From NCBI GenBank assembly GCA_023254095.1, contig JALNLM010000002.1, forward strand, positions 96,001 through 160,000: a stretch of 64,000 bases of DNA, read 5' to 3'. This DNA comes from Candidatus Geocrenenecus huangii. Lineage in GTDB: Archaea > Thermoproteota > Nitrososphaeria_A > Caldarchaeales > Wolframiiraptoraceae. Below, in pieces: positions 39,892-49,294 of this stretch (position 1 is the stretch's first letter; each line of letters opens with the position of its first letter). The notes beneath the pieces were generated by a model. That model was given only the letters and a program-made list of their open reading frames with translations. It did no database searches and was not told the DNA's origin. The position numbers and the translations under genes are program-made.

Positions 39892-41352
39892 TCATTGTGT
39901 TGGTCTAGCGCTTATCCTTACTTTTCTGAGTCTAACGTCTGGTCCTCCAAACCAGACAGGTATAGCTTGCATGGGCTCGCTCTTACCACAATACCCAGCT
40001 TTAAAGAAAAGCTTTCTTCCAATAGCATCTATTGAAGAATAGAAATCTCTTGTCGTAATCTCTAGCACGGGGTTTCTCACAGGTTCACGAATTTCTCCAT
40101 CAACAATCTTGTATGCCTCTACACCTACATATCTCTGATTCCATCTCTTATCATCTATATTCCATTCCTGGTTTGACTTAATGTATACCCCTAGTGAGAT
40201 GTCTTCTAACAATTCATGGAAAGTGTAATCCCCAGGCTTCATGAACGTGTTAGCCATCCGTATTATAGGTTCACGATCATATTGGCTTGCCCTCGCAGAA
40301 CCATTACTTTCAACGTTGAACACTTTCGCCGTCTCTCTATTATGCAGGAGCTCATTTATTACTCCATTACCAATTAAGACCCTCTCCCTAGCTTCTACGC
40401 CTTCCTCATCATATAGATAGTAGCCAAAAGATCCAGGGATCCTAGGATCGTCGACGACAGTCACAATTTCTGAACCTATTCTTTCACCAATCATGTTAGG
40501 CTTAACGTACGTTTCACCTGCTTGTGCTGCTTCTCTACCCAATACTCTATCGGCTTCAGCTGGATGTCCGGCCGACTCATGACATATCAGTCCTACAACC
40601 TCTGACCCGACTACTACGTCTACCACATCCTTCGGAGGCTCAACACCATTAAGAAGTATATTACATAGATTCTCTACTTCGTCTCTTAATGTTTCTACTA
40701 GATTCCATTTTTCTACTGCTTCCCAGCCTCTGGATTCTCCTAGCTCCTGTATCCTCTGGAGGGTTCCTTTCTGAGGGTGGTATAGAGTTAAAATGTAGCT
40801 GGCCATAGTCCTTGGAACGATATGTACTACATCTGCGCCATCACTATTTACAACATGTTTCTCTAACTCCCATTTCTCAAAGGTTAGTATTCTGGAGGGA
40901 AGCTTCACCCCAATCTTATCTGAAGCTTCAAGAATACTTCTATCTATATCTCTCAGGTATTCTATTTTGTCTTCCGTGTCGATTGTAGACCATTTGACTC
41001 TTGGCTTTATATTGACAGACCCTCTACATATCCTTCCTTCTCCTAGCGACTCTCCCTTTACGATTATCTTAGAAGCAGCTCTAGACATAGCGATAGCATC
41101 TTCTATGATCTTTCTGACAGATGCTTTAGTCAACGTGCTTGTAGATGCGAAGCCAAGCGAGTTCCCGACCAGTACTCTTACAGCTATGCCTTTATGGATA
41201 GATGATGCGGAGATCTCTGGAACGCCGTTCTTAAGCATTACTGATTCTACGGAATCTTTCTGGTATCTGGCTTCGGCATAACTTGCCCCAATGCTTAAAG
41301 CATAATCTATAGCCTCCCTCAAGAAATCCTCGAACATCAAGATAGATAACAA
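39892..41352 (-). CDS. tldD: TldD family metalloprotease
   Basis: HESAGHPAEADR, YDEEGV, PIIRMANT and CGKSEPMQ motifs. Confidence 0.9.
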   Translation of the reverse strand: MLSILMFEDFLREAIDYALSIGASYAEARYQKDSVESVMLKNGVPEISASSIHKGIAVRVLVGNSLGFASTSTLTKASVRKIIEDAIAMSRAASKIIVKGESLGEGRICRGSVNIKPRVKWSTIDTEDKIEYLRDIDRSILEASDKIGVKLPSRILTFEKWELEKHVVNSDGADVVHIVPRTMASYILTLYHPQKGTLQRIQELGESRGWEAVEKWNLVETLRDEVENLCNILLNGVEPPKDVVDVVVGSEVVGLICHESAGHPAEADRVLGREAAQAGETYVKPNMIGERIGSEIVTVVDDPRIPGSFGYYLYDEEGVEARERVLIGNGVINELLHNRETAKVFNVESNGSARASQYDREPIIRMANTFMKPGDYTFHELLEDISLGVYIKSNQEWNIDDKRWNQRYVGVEAYKIVDGEIREPVRNPVLEITTRDFYSSIDAIGRKLFFKAGYCGKSEPMQAIPVWFGGPDVRLRKVRISARPTQ

Positions 41353-41464
41353 AATTGCAGAATTAATCTATTTCTATTAAAGGAAGACATAAGACATAGA
41401 TTTTACGAGAATTATATCATACTGCCAAGTGGAACTTTTTAAACAGCATTACCATAATAAAAAT

Positions 41465-41495
41465 CATGCATATGAAAAACTTTTTCATATGCATG
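41465..41495. repeat. perfect 15-bp inverted repeat CATGCATATGAAAAA-C-TTTTTCATATGCATG
   Basis: Read directly from the intergenic sequence. Confidence 0.9.
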
Positions 41496-41511
41496 GGTCT
41501 GGAGAAAATGG

Positions 41512-42351
41512 TTAGGCTTTCTTTCTTTTTATCACTATTGCTATTATAGCTATTGATGCAGAGGCTATGGCCACTAATAGAGATATGAGTCTTTGTAGGC
41601 TCAAGTTGTCAAGTTCTGCTTGGGTATTGTTTAGTTTTTCTTGGAGGGTGTTTATCTCGGTAACCAATTTAGAGTGTTCTTTAGATAATGCGTCATATTT
41701 TGCTTTAGCATCCATTAGGTTATTCTCAAGTTCATGATTCTTCGATTCCAGTAAGGCTATCTCACTATCGGATTCTTGTAGCTTCTGTCCACACATGTTA
41801 AGAGAGTCCTGTAATGCTTGGTTTGCTTCTTTCATCTCTCCATAGACTTCTATAAATCTCCATGCTTGGTATGGTGTCAGGATTACAAATTTCGAGACTG
41901 TTATTAGCTCATCATTAAAGTATACCTTCACAGTCCATAATCCAGTCTGCTCTTCATTGATGTTCCCGGCTATAGGTATACGCGACCAAGTCCATAATCC
42001 ACTATAACTCTCACTAGTTTCCTCTTTAAGCATAGTTGATGCGAATAGTTGTCCTTCGGGACTGTACCACTCTGTAGTTAGAATGAATGGCCCCCTGATC
42101 TCTTTGAATCGAATATACGAGTATACGTAGTTATCTGTTGTTAAAAACACTGCTCCAAGACCGGAATCAGTTATGAATACTGGTTCACCTGAAGGGATGC
42201 CTTTATCTACATTCCTAGCAAGCGTAGAGTATTCTATTTCGTAGCTAGCACCATTTACGAATGGCTCGACCAATGTTACACACATAAGCAGCGTCATCAT
42301 AGAACAAAAAAGATAGATTGCCTTGTTGTTTACTCTTAAGATTTTTTTCAT
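41512..42351 (-). CDS. secreted, membrane-anchored protein with beta-rich domain and coiled-coil stalk
   Basis: N-terminal signal-like helix, EWYSPEG...GLWTVKVYFN Ig-like segment, heptad-rich region, C-terminal TM helix and KRKKA tail. Confidence 0.7.
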   Translation of the reverse strand: MKKILRVNNKAIYLFCSMMTLLMCVTLVEPFVNGASYEIEYSTLARNVDKGIPSGEPVFITDSGLGAVFLTTDNYVYSYIRFKEIRGPFILTTEWYSPEGQLFASTMLKEETSESYSGLWTWSRIPIAGNINEEQTGLWTVKVYFNDELITVSKFVILTPYQAWRFIEVYGEMKEANQALQDSLNMCGQKLQESDSEIALLESKNHELENNLMDAKAKYDALSKEHSKLVTEINTLQEKLNNTQAELDNLSLQRLISLLVAIASASIAIIAIVIKRKKA

Positions 42352-42698
42352 GATATATACTGTTTAAGCTACCATATATGTTTTCAAGATAGCTTTGGGA
42401 ATTTAAAGGATAAGGATCTTGAGTAAGCCTCCTTATTAAGTAATCCGATTTTAGTCGTCTCTAAAATACTCTATTATAACCATATTCTCCAAATAATTGT
42501 TAGAATATCTCTCTACTATTCCGGAAATTCGAATCCAAACAAAAATCACTTGGCTTAGGCTTTCCCGTAACCCTGCGTGAAGGTTTATTAACGATGATTT
42601 ACACCTTCGGATTTATGCTCATACTCTTTGCTCATTCTCTGAGAATATATTATTAAATTGGGTTATATATGGAAAATTTAGTCTAGATGGTGTCCTAA

Positions 42699-43127
42699 AT
42701 GTTGGAAGAAAGATCTGCAGGTGCAGTAGTATTCTATCTCTCTGAGGGTTTAATCGAATATCTTCTACTACATTATGAAGCAGGTCATTGGGATTTCCCT
42801 AAAGGAGCTATCGAAGAAGGAGAAACCGAACTCGATACTGTTAGGAGAGAGGTATGGGAAGAAACAGGATTAGACAAAATAGAGATAATCAAAGATTTTA
42901 GGAAAGAGATTGAATACTATTATAGGAAACTCGGTGAGCTTGTTAGAAAACGTGTAGTCTTCTATCTCGCGAGATCAAATGTTAAAGAAGTCCGACTATC
43001 ATATGAACACAAGGACTACATATGGTTAGATTATCCGAGAGCTATGAGGAAGCTTACGTTCAGAACAGCTAGAAATGTTTTAGAGGCAGCTCATGCATAC
43101 TTAACTCAACTTTACAAGGAAAAATAA
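42699..43127 (+). CDS. NUDIX hydrolase (Ap4A hydrolase-like)
   Basis: SAGAVVF, HWDFPKGAIEEGETELDTVRREVWEETGL and LSYEH motifs. Confidence 0.92.
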   Translation: MLEERSAGAVVFYLSEGLIEYLLLHYEAGHWDFPKGAIEEGETELDTVRREVWEETGLDKIEIIKDFRKEIEYYYRKLGELVRKRVVFYLARSNVKEVRLSYEHKDYIWLDYPRAMRKLTFRTARNVLEAAHAYLTQLYKEK

Positions 43128-43157
43128 GAATGTTTAGAGACACGATGGTGATGGATA

Positions 43158-44912
43158 ATGATGAAGATTGAATCCTATGATAAAATCATGTCAATAATAG
43201 AGGTACTCTCAATAGTCCTGCTTGCCTCAACCATCCTACTATCCATGGTGGGAGCTCAATCTCCAGAGCTAGTAATAAGGATTGTAGACCCATCTGGTAA
43301 TCCACTGGAAAGAGTCGAGGTCTCAATAACAAAAGGAGATGAAAGCTATAGATTCATAACTAATAGTACTGGATACGCGGTGTTCAGTAAAGTAACGGAG
43401 GGGACCTACAGTATCGTGGCGAAACTCGATAAAGTAGTCGTAGCGAGAGCATTCATAGACTTTCCGAAGGAAACGAGCAAGGTCGTGGTAGCAAATATCT
43501 CTACTGTAAAAATAAAGTTGCGTGATCTGGATGGAAAGCCTGTCCCATCTGCACAGATAAAACTATCAAGCAGGACCGGGATCACTGAATACAGTGCTAT
43601 AACCAACAATGATGGTAAAGCAGAATTTAACAGGATCCCCTACACATCTCTAGATGACATCAAAAGTTACGAGTTAGCTGTTTATATCGATGGGTATAGG
43701 GTTCTGTATCTAAATGACCTAGAGATAATCTTTCCAGAACATGAGCTTAACTATAGTCTCCAGCTTTTAACATTAAATGTAACTACTCTGAATATGGAGG
43801 GCGAGGAGGTTAGTAGGGCCAATGTGAAGCTCGTTGCTGGGAATTATACAAAGACATTAAGGACGGACAAAGGAGTGGCGCGATTCACTCAGATACCTTC
43901 ATCAATCTTTGAGTGGGTTGGTCAGTACACGATAAACGTAACATATACTATCGGAAAAACAGAATACACAGTGTATTCCAGTAAGAGGATGCTAACTTCG
44001 TCTCAATCTATTGACTTAATATTGGGCCTCGGAAGGATTGAAGTAGCAGTGTTAGATGATGAAGGTAGACCATTAAAGAATCTAGCTGTCTCCTTGAGCA
44101 ATCAGAGATCTCTGGACTTCATCCAGCAACAGACCGATGAAGATGGAAAAGTGGTATTTTCCAATATGCCTCTATCGAGAGATGTATCCGAGGCTGGAGA
44201 ATACATGGTCCAGGTATACAAGTTGAATAAGAAGATAATAGAGAGCAAGGTCGACCATTCATCCGCCAAGACGACCCTCACTCTTAAAGTAGCCAGGTCA
44301 AGTGTTAACATATTCTTGAGAGATTACAATAAACAGCCATTATCTGGGTACGATGTTGTTTTAATAGATCTAGACCTAGGAGATCGCTACAACGGTAAAA
44401 CCAGCGTGGATGGGTCGATACTGTTCAAGATTTTACCTGGGAAGTACAGGATAGAACTATACAAAGATGGTAGAATATTGCATAGAAGCGAATTGAATAT
44501 ATTAAATGAGTCTTTAACCCTGGATATTGAGAGCATTAACTTTCCACTAAATATAAGAATTGTAGACGCCTTCGGAAATGATGTAAGAATAGGTGAGTTG
44601 GTAGTCAAACTAGCCGGTGAAACACTCTACAGCGGCCCCATTGATAAGCTATCTAGCCTCACTATTCCACATGTAGGACTCGCAACCATAGATGTAAAGA
44701 TATCTGGAAGATTAGTTTGGAAAGAGACAATATTGGTGGATAGAGTTACGGAGCATGTTGTTAAACTTTCTAGCTACGTACTTCTACTCGGAAATATAGT
44801 GTCTCTAGAGACCCTAGGGGTAGCAGCGTCAATATTCTCCTCCCTGATATTCGTAATACTCGGAGGCTATACCATATATAGAAGTAGGAAAAGAAGATTA
44901 ATAACCAAGTAA
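43158..44912 (+). CDS. cell-surface protein with repeated carboxypeptidase-regulatory-like (beta-sandwich) domains
   Basis: Signal peptide; repeats of D..G.P...V....T...G...F..(G.Y); C-terminal TM helix and basic tail. Confidence 0.78.
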   Translation: MMKIESYDKIMSIIEVLSIVLLASTILLSMVGAQSPELVIRIVDPSGNPLERVEVSITKGDESYRFITNSTGYAVFSKVTEGTYSIVAKLDKVVVARAFIDFPKETSKVVVANISTVKIKLRDLDGKPVPSAQIKLSSRTGITEYSAITNNDGKAEFNRIPYTSLDDIKSYELAVYIDGYRVLYLNDLEIIFPEHELNYSLQLLTLNVTTLNMEGEEVSRANVKLVAGNYTKTLRTDKGVARFTQIPSSIFEWVGQYTINVTYTIGKTEYTVYSSKRMLTSSQSIDLILGLGRIEVAVLDDEGRPLKNLAVSLSNQRSLDFIQQQTDEDGKVVFSNMPLSRDVSEAGEYMVQVYKLNKKIIESKVDHSSAKTTLTLKVARSSVNIFLRDYNKQPLSGYDVVLIDLDLGDRYNGKTSVDGSILFKILPGKYRIELYKDGRILHRSELNILNESLTLDIESINFPLNIRIVDAFGNDVRIGELVVKLAGETLYSGPIDKLSSLTIPHVGLATIDVKISGRLVWKETILVDRVTEHVVKLSSYVLLLGNIVSLETLGVAASIFSSLIFVILGGYTIYRSRKRRLITK

Positions 44913-44957
44913 CCCAATAAATATACTGGCGTACGCGCATTAATGGGTGAATAAGGA

Positions 44958-45263
44958 TTGGAATGGGTTCTTAGTAGAGAGCCCACTGAAATATGCAACC
45001 CCCTCTGTAGATTCTTTAGATGCGGTAAAAAAGTTCTAGATTTCAAGAAGAATCCACCATGGTGCGGGTGGGTAAGTAGCCCCTGCATTGGCTTCAAATG
45101 TCCTTATTCTCAATGCATACAAGTCAAACTTTTACCAGACGGTAGATGTGGTTTATTCGTAAAAAGGAAGACAGTAGAACAAGAAGCTCCTGAGTTTACG
45201 AAACCATTAAAGGCTGACACGGTAAATCGAGTTAAAAAGAAACTTGATAAACTCGGAATATGA
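44958..45263 (+). CDS. small Cys-rich hypothetical protein
   Basis: Eight Cys in the first about 65 aa (CNPLC.FFRC, WCGW, PCIGFKCPYSQC, DGRC). Confidence 0.65.
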   Translation: MEWVLSREPTEICNPLCRFFRCGKKVLDFKKNPPWCGWVSSPCIGFKCPYSQCIQVKLLPDGRCGLFVKRKTVEQEAPEFTKPLKADTVNRVKKKLDKLGI

Positions 45264-45416
45264 CAAATCTATTAATTATTATTTTTTAGGGATTCTCGAA
45301 GAACACGTACATGTCTCAGACCTAGCCTACCTATTCTATCACCTCATCGGGATAGTAACTCTATGTCGCCTGACAGATACAATACGTCATAGTTAGAAAT
45401 AGACTTAGAAAATGAT

Positions 45417-47819
45417 GTGGACTCATCGGAAAGAATTAATTTAAGTTTAACTCCTAAGAGAGGAGAAGTAATGGCGGTTAGTATGAAGTTCGAGCCGAAG
45501 ATTGTAGAAACAAGGTGGCAACCTTCATGGGAGAGCAAGATATATGAGAAATGGATCGAAGAAGGGATCTATAAACTTCGATTAAAACCTAAGAGGAGAA
45601 TCTTCGTAATAGATACTCCCCCACCCTACCCGAGTGGTAGACCTTGGCATATAGGTGCTGCTGCACAGTACTCTCAAATAGATATGATTGCTAGAACCGC
45701 CAGGATGATGGGCGAGTCAGTATACTTCCCAATAGGTATAGATAGGAATGGGCTACCGGTTGAGCTATATGTTGAGAAGACTTACAAAATCTCTTTAAGA
45801 GATACAGGGAGAGAGGAATTCATCAATTTATGCAGTCATGCCCTAGACGATCTTGAATCTGAGATGATATGGATTATGAAGAGAATGGGGTTGAGCGGAG
45901 ACTTCGAGAACTATTATAGAACTGACTCAGAAGAATATCGTAAGCTTACACAGGCGACATTTATTGAATTATGGAGACGTGGATTGGTCTACACGGCCAC
46001 TAGGCCGAATAATTATTGCTGGGAATGTGGAACCACATTAGCAGATGCTGAGATAGATTATGAAGAGATGCCTACAAGGCTAGTCTACATAAAGTTCAAG
46101 ATAAAAGAGGATGGCTCCGATCTTGTCATAGCTACTACTAGACCTGAACTATTAGTCTCATGTAGAGCTGTGATCGTTAACCCTAACGATAATAGATACG
46201 TCGACCTACATGGGAAGCATGCGGTAGTACCTATATATGGGCAAGAAGTGGAGGTAATACCTCATCCAGCTGCCAAGCCAGAGTTTGGGACCGGAGCTGT
46301 AATGGTTTGTAGCTATGGAGACTATACGGACGTCCTACTCTTTAGAGAGCTTGGGTTACAGGAAGTTATCGCGATAGATGAAGAGGGAAAAATGACCGAA
46401 GTAGCTGGGAAGTATTCTAGCATGAAATTAGCAGAAGCTAGGGAAGAGATAATTAAAGATCTCCAAGAGGCAGGTCTCGTTGTTAAGATAGAGAATATAA
46501 TACATAGAACGCCCATCTGTGAGAGAAGTAAGACACCAATAGAGATTATACCGATGAAGGAATATTACTTAAAACAATTAGATTTCGTAGATGACCTACT
46601 TAAAGTAATTGATAAGATGAAGTTCCATCCACCCCACCACAAACGTCTACTGATAGACTGGATTAACTCTCTAAGAATAGATTGGCCGATAAGTAGGAGG
46701 AGATACTATGCTACGGAGATACCGATATGGTATTGTTTGAGATGTGGTGAACCTCACATCCCAGAACCTGGTAAGTATTATAGACCTTGGAGAGATAATC
46801 CGCCGTTCGATAAGTGTAGGAGGTGTGGAGGTGGCGAGTTTGTAGGAGAGCAGAGGACGTTCGATACATGGATGGATTCAAGCGTATCTCCATTATTCAT
46901 CTCAGGATACATGAACAATCGTAAATTCTTTAAGCTTGCCTACCCTAACGGTATAAGACCCCAGGGCAAGGATATCGTAAGGACATGGCTATACTATACT
47001 GTTCTGAGATGCTATCAATTGACAGAGAAGCATCCATTCTACCATGTATGGATAGGTGGAATGGGGCTTGACGAACATGGTCAGAAGATGAGTAAAAGTA
47101 GAGGTAACGTAATAGATCCTGTCCCAATATTAGAGAAGTGGGGGGCGGACGTCTTCAGATTCTGGAGTGCTCAAGAAGCAAACTTGGGAGAAGACTTTAG
47201 AATCTCTGAACAGAGAATACAGAATGCTGGAAAATTCATAACAAAACTATGGAATATTGCTAGGTATGTCTCATCCTTCCCTATCCCTAAAAGTGCAGAG
47301 CTGATGCCAAGCGATAAATGGATTCTCTCAGAACTCTCAAATACTATTAAGAAGAGTATGGAGGGTTATAGGGAATTCAACTTTTTCATCCCCTCAAACA
47401 GGATAAGATACTTTACGTGGAGCATATTCGCAGACCACTACATTGAATTAAGTAAAGCTAGAGCTTACGGTCTAGAAGGATTCAACCGCAAAGAACAAAA
47501 AGCGGCTTGGTATACCCTACACACTGTGCTTAAGACTACGCTATTACTTCTGGCTCCCGTAGCCCCCTTCATTACAGATGAGATATGGAGAAGACTCTAT
47601 TCAAAGAAGAGCATACACTTGCAGAGTTTTCCTGAGCCTATATGGTCTACACGTTACGCGAGATATACTGAGAAGATAGTAAATTTCAATTCTCGAGTTT
47701 GGGCCGTCAAGAAAGAAATGAACATCGCACTTAAAGACCCGATAAGTATTGAGATACCTAGAGATTTGAAAATATTTGAAAAAGACTTAATAGCGATGCA
47801 CAACATAAAGAGAACTTAA
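45417..47819 (+). CDS. valS: valine--tRNA ligase
   Basis: IDTPPPYPSG..HIG, ATTRPE, DWPISR, DTWMDSS and KMSKS motifs. True start probably at 45470 or 45483. Confidence 0.95.
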   Translation: MDSSERINLSLTPKRGEVMAVSMKFEPKIVETRWQPSWESKIYEKWIEEGIYKLRLKPKRRIFVIDTPPPYPSGRPWHIGAAAQYSQIDMIARTARMMGESVYFPIGIDRNGLPVELYVEKTYKISLRDTGREEFINLCSHALDDLESEMIWIMKRMGLSGDFENYYRTDSEEYRKLTQATFIELWRRGLVYTATRPNNYCWECGTTLADAEIDYEEMPTRLVYIKFKIKEDGSDLVIATTRPELLVSCRAVIVNPNDNRYVDLHGKHAVVPIYGQEVEVIPHPAAKPEFGTGAVMVCSYGDYTDVLLFRELGLQEVIAIDEEGKMTEVAGKYSSMKLAEAREEIIKDLQEAGLVVKIENIIHRTPICERSKTPIEIIPMKEYYLKQLDFVDDLLKVIDKMKFHPPHHKRLLIDWINSLRIDWPISRRRYYATEIPIWYCLRCGEPHIPEPGKYYRPWRDNPPFDKCRRCGGGEFVGEQRTFDTWMDSSVSPLFISGYMNNRKFFKLAYPNGIRPQGKDIVRTWLYYTVLRCYQLTEKHPFYHVWIGGMGLDEHGQKMSKSRGNVIDPVPILEKWGADVFRFWSAQEANLGEDFRISEQRIQNAGKFITKLWNIARYVSSFPIPKSAELMPSDKWILSELSNTIKKSMEGYREFNFFIPSNRIRYFTWSIFADHYIELSKARAYGLEGFNRKEQKAAWYTLHTVLKTTLLLLAPVAPFITDEIWRRLYSKKSIHLQSFPEPIWSTRYARYTEKIVNFNSRVWAVKKEMNIALKDPISIEIPRDLKIFEKDLIAMHNIKRT

Positions 47820-47916
47820 TTTTCTCACAGTATCAGGATGCTGCGAGCTGACATGTTAAGAACGTTTGGGTAGCTGAAGAATTTTACAATGATGGGGTCA
47901 AGATTATCAACATAGA

Positions 47917-48405
47917 TCAAACAATACGGGCATTCTCTAATTTCAGTAGTTTTCTCTTAAGCCAACTCATTCTTCCATATCTTCCTAGTGAATTGTTATT
48001 CCTAATCACGCGGTGGCATGGGATAATCAGTACGGCGGGATTGTGCGCAATAGCTGTACCTACTGCTCTAGCCGCTTTCGGATTACCGATCTCGCTCGCA
48101 ACCCATTTATAGCTTCTAACCTCTCCATAAGGTATCCGTTTAACTGTTTCCCAAACTTTCTTCTGGAAAACCGTTCCAGAGATATCTAGCGGATAATCTA
48201 GTTGAGTAAACTCTCCCCGGAAATAACCGTCGAGCATTTCTTCCAAGTCTACCAATCTCTCATGATTGTATTCCAGCGAAGAAGATTTAAGATATTGTTT
48301 GAACTCTATCTCATCTCTATAGAAATCCATCTTTCTCAATCCTTTATCGGTCCATATATATGCCAATACAACGTCGAAGGGGGTTTTATAGATGCTGAAA
48401 TTCAT
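47917..48405 (-). CDS. ogt: O6-methylguanine-DNA methyltransferase
   Basis: FQKKVW, IPYGEVRSY, ARAVG and active-site PCHRV motifs. Confidence 0.95.
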   Translation of the reverse strand: MNFSIYKTPFDVVLAYIWTDKGLRKMDFYRDEIEFKQYLKSSSLEYNHERLVDLEEMLDGYFRGEFTQLDYPLDISGTVFQKKVWETVKRIPYGEVRSYKWVASEIGNPKAARAVGTAIAHNPAVLIIPCHRVIRNNNSLGRYGRMSWLKRKLLKLENARIV

Positions 48406-48427
48406 CAGTAAAGTTTAAGCCTAGATA

Positions 48428-49171
48428 TTGATAAGTTTTTATAACATGATAGGAGAGCCGATTCACATTTTAGCTAAACCTGGGGAGGTAGCTGGAAAGG
48501 TTGTAGTCGCAGGTGATCCTGCTAGAATTGACTACATAGCACGAATGCTAGAAGAAGCAAGATTAATCTCTTCTAATAGAGGCCTCAACACTTATACAGG
48601 CAGATACAAAGATACCTTGATAACGGTTTCTTGCCATGGTATAGGTGGCCCATCCACAGCTATAGTCTTCGAAGAATTAACAATGCTTGGAGCGAAAACA
48701 ATTATTAGACTCGGCACTGCAGGCAGCTTGATAGAAGACCTAAACCCAGGAGATATCGTCATACCAAACATTGCATGTTACTACAAGGGAGCTGGCACTC
48801 TATCTGCATACATGCCTGGGCTAGCCCCTCCTGCCGCCCCCTCCTATGAAGTTTTAGAGATGTTAGTAAACGAAGCAAGAAAAAGTCTTAAGAAATTTAC
48901 CGTAAGTCCGGTTGTTTCTAGCGATGCATTCTATGCTGAAGATGAAGAATTCATATCTAGGTGGGTTAAAGTTGGTGCAGTAGCGGTAGAAATGGAGTGT
49001 GCGACAATTTTTGCTCTTGGATATCTTCGTAGAGTAAAAACAGGCGCGATCTTGATTGTAACAGATAATCTTGTAAACAAGAGCAGAGTAAGAGAAAAAG
49101 AAAAGATAAATGAATGGGTTCAACAAGCTGCGAAGATAGTGTTTGAATCATTAAGAAAGATCGAAACATAA
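48428..49171 (+). CDS. purine nucleoside phosphorylase (DeoD/hexameric PNP family)
   Basis: GDPAR, HGIGGPS, IRLGTAG, SSDAFY and VEMECA motifs. Confidence 0.9.
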   Translation: MISFYNMIGEPIHILAKPGEVAGKVVVAGDPARIDYIARMLEEARLISSNRGLNTYTGRYKDTLITVSCHGIGGPSTAIVFEELTMLGAKTIIRLGTAGSLIEDLNPGDIVIPNIACYYKGAGTLSAYMPGLAPPAAPSYEVLEMLVNEARKSLKKFTVSPVVSSDAFYAEDEEFISRWVKVGAVAVEMECATIFALGYLRRVKTGAILIVTDNLVNKSRVREKEKINEWVQQAAKIVFESLRKIET

Positions 49172-49294
49172 CATTTTGCAAGATCAGATAAAGAGTATTG
49201 CCGTTAAGAAGGAAGCCTGATTATAGAGAATGTTTAGAGTATGTATTTATCCGTATAGATTGTATATAGCTCAACGTTTTTTATTCTTAAATAT

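Noticed and set aside
47826-47880. Two CTGA motifs downstream of valS
   Set aside because: No acceptable box C or C' motif.
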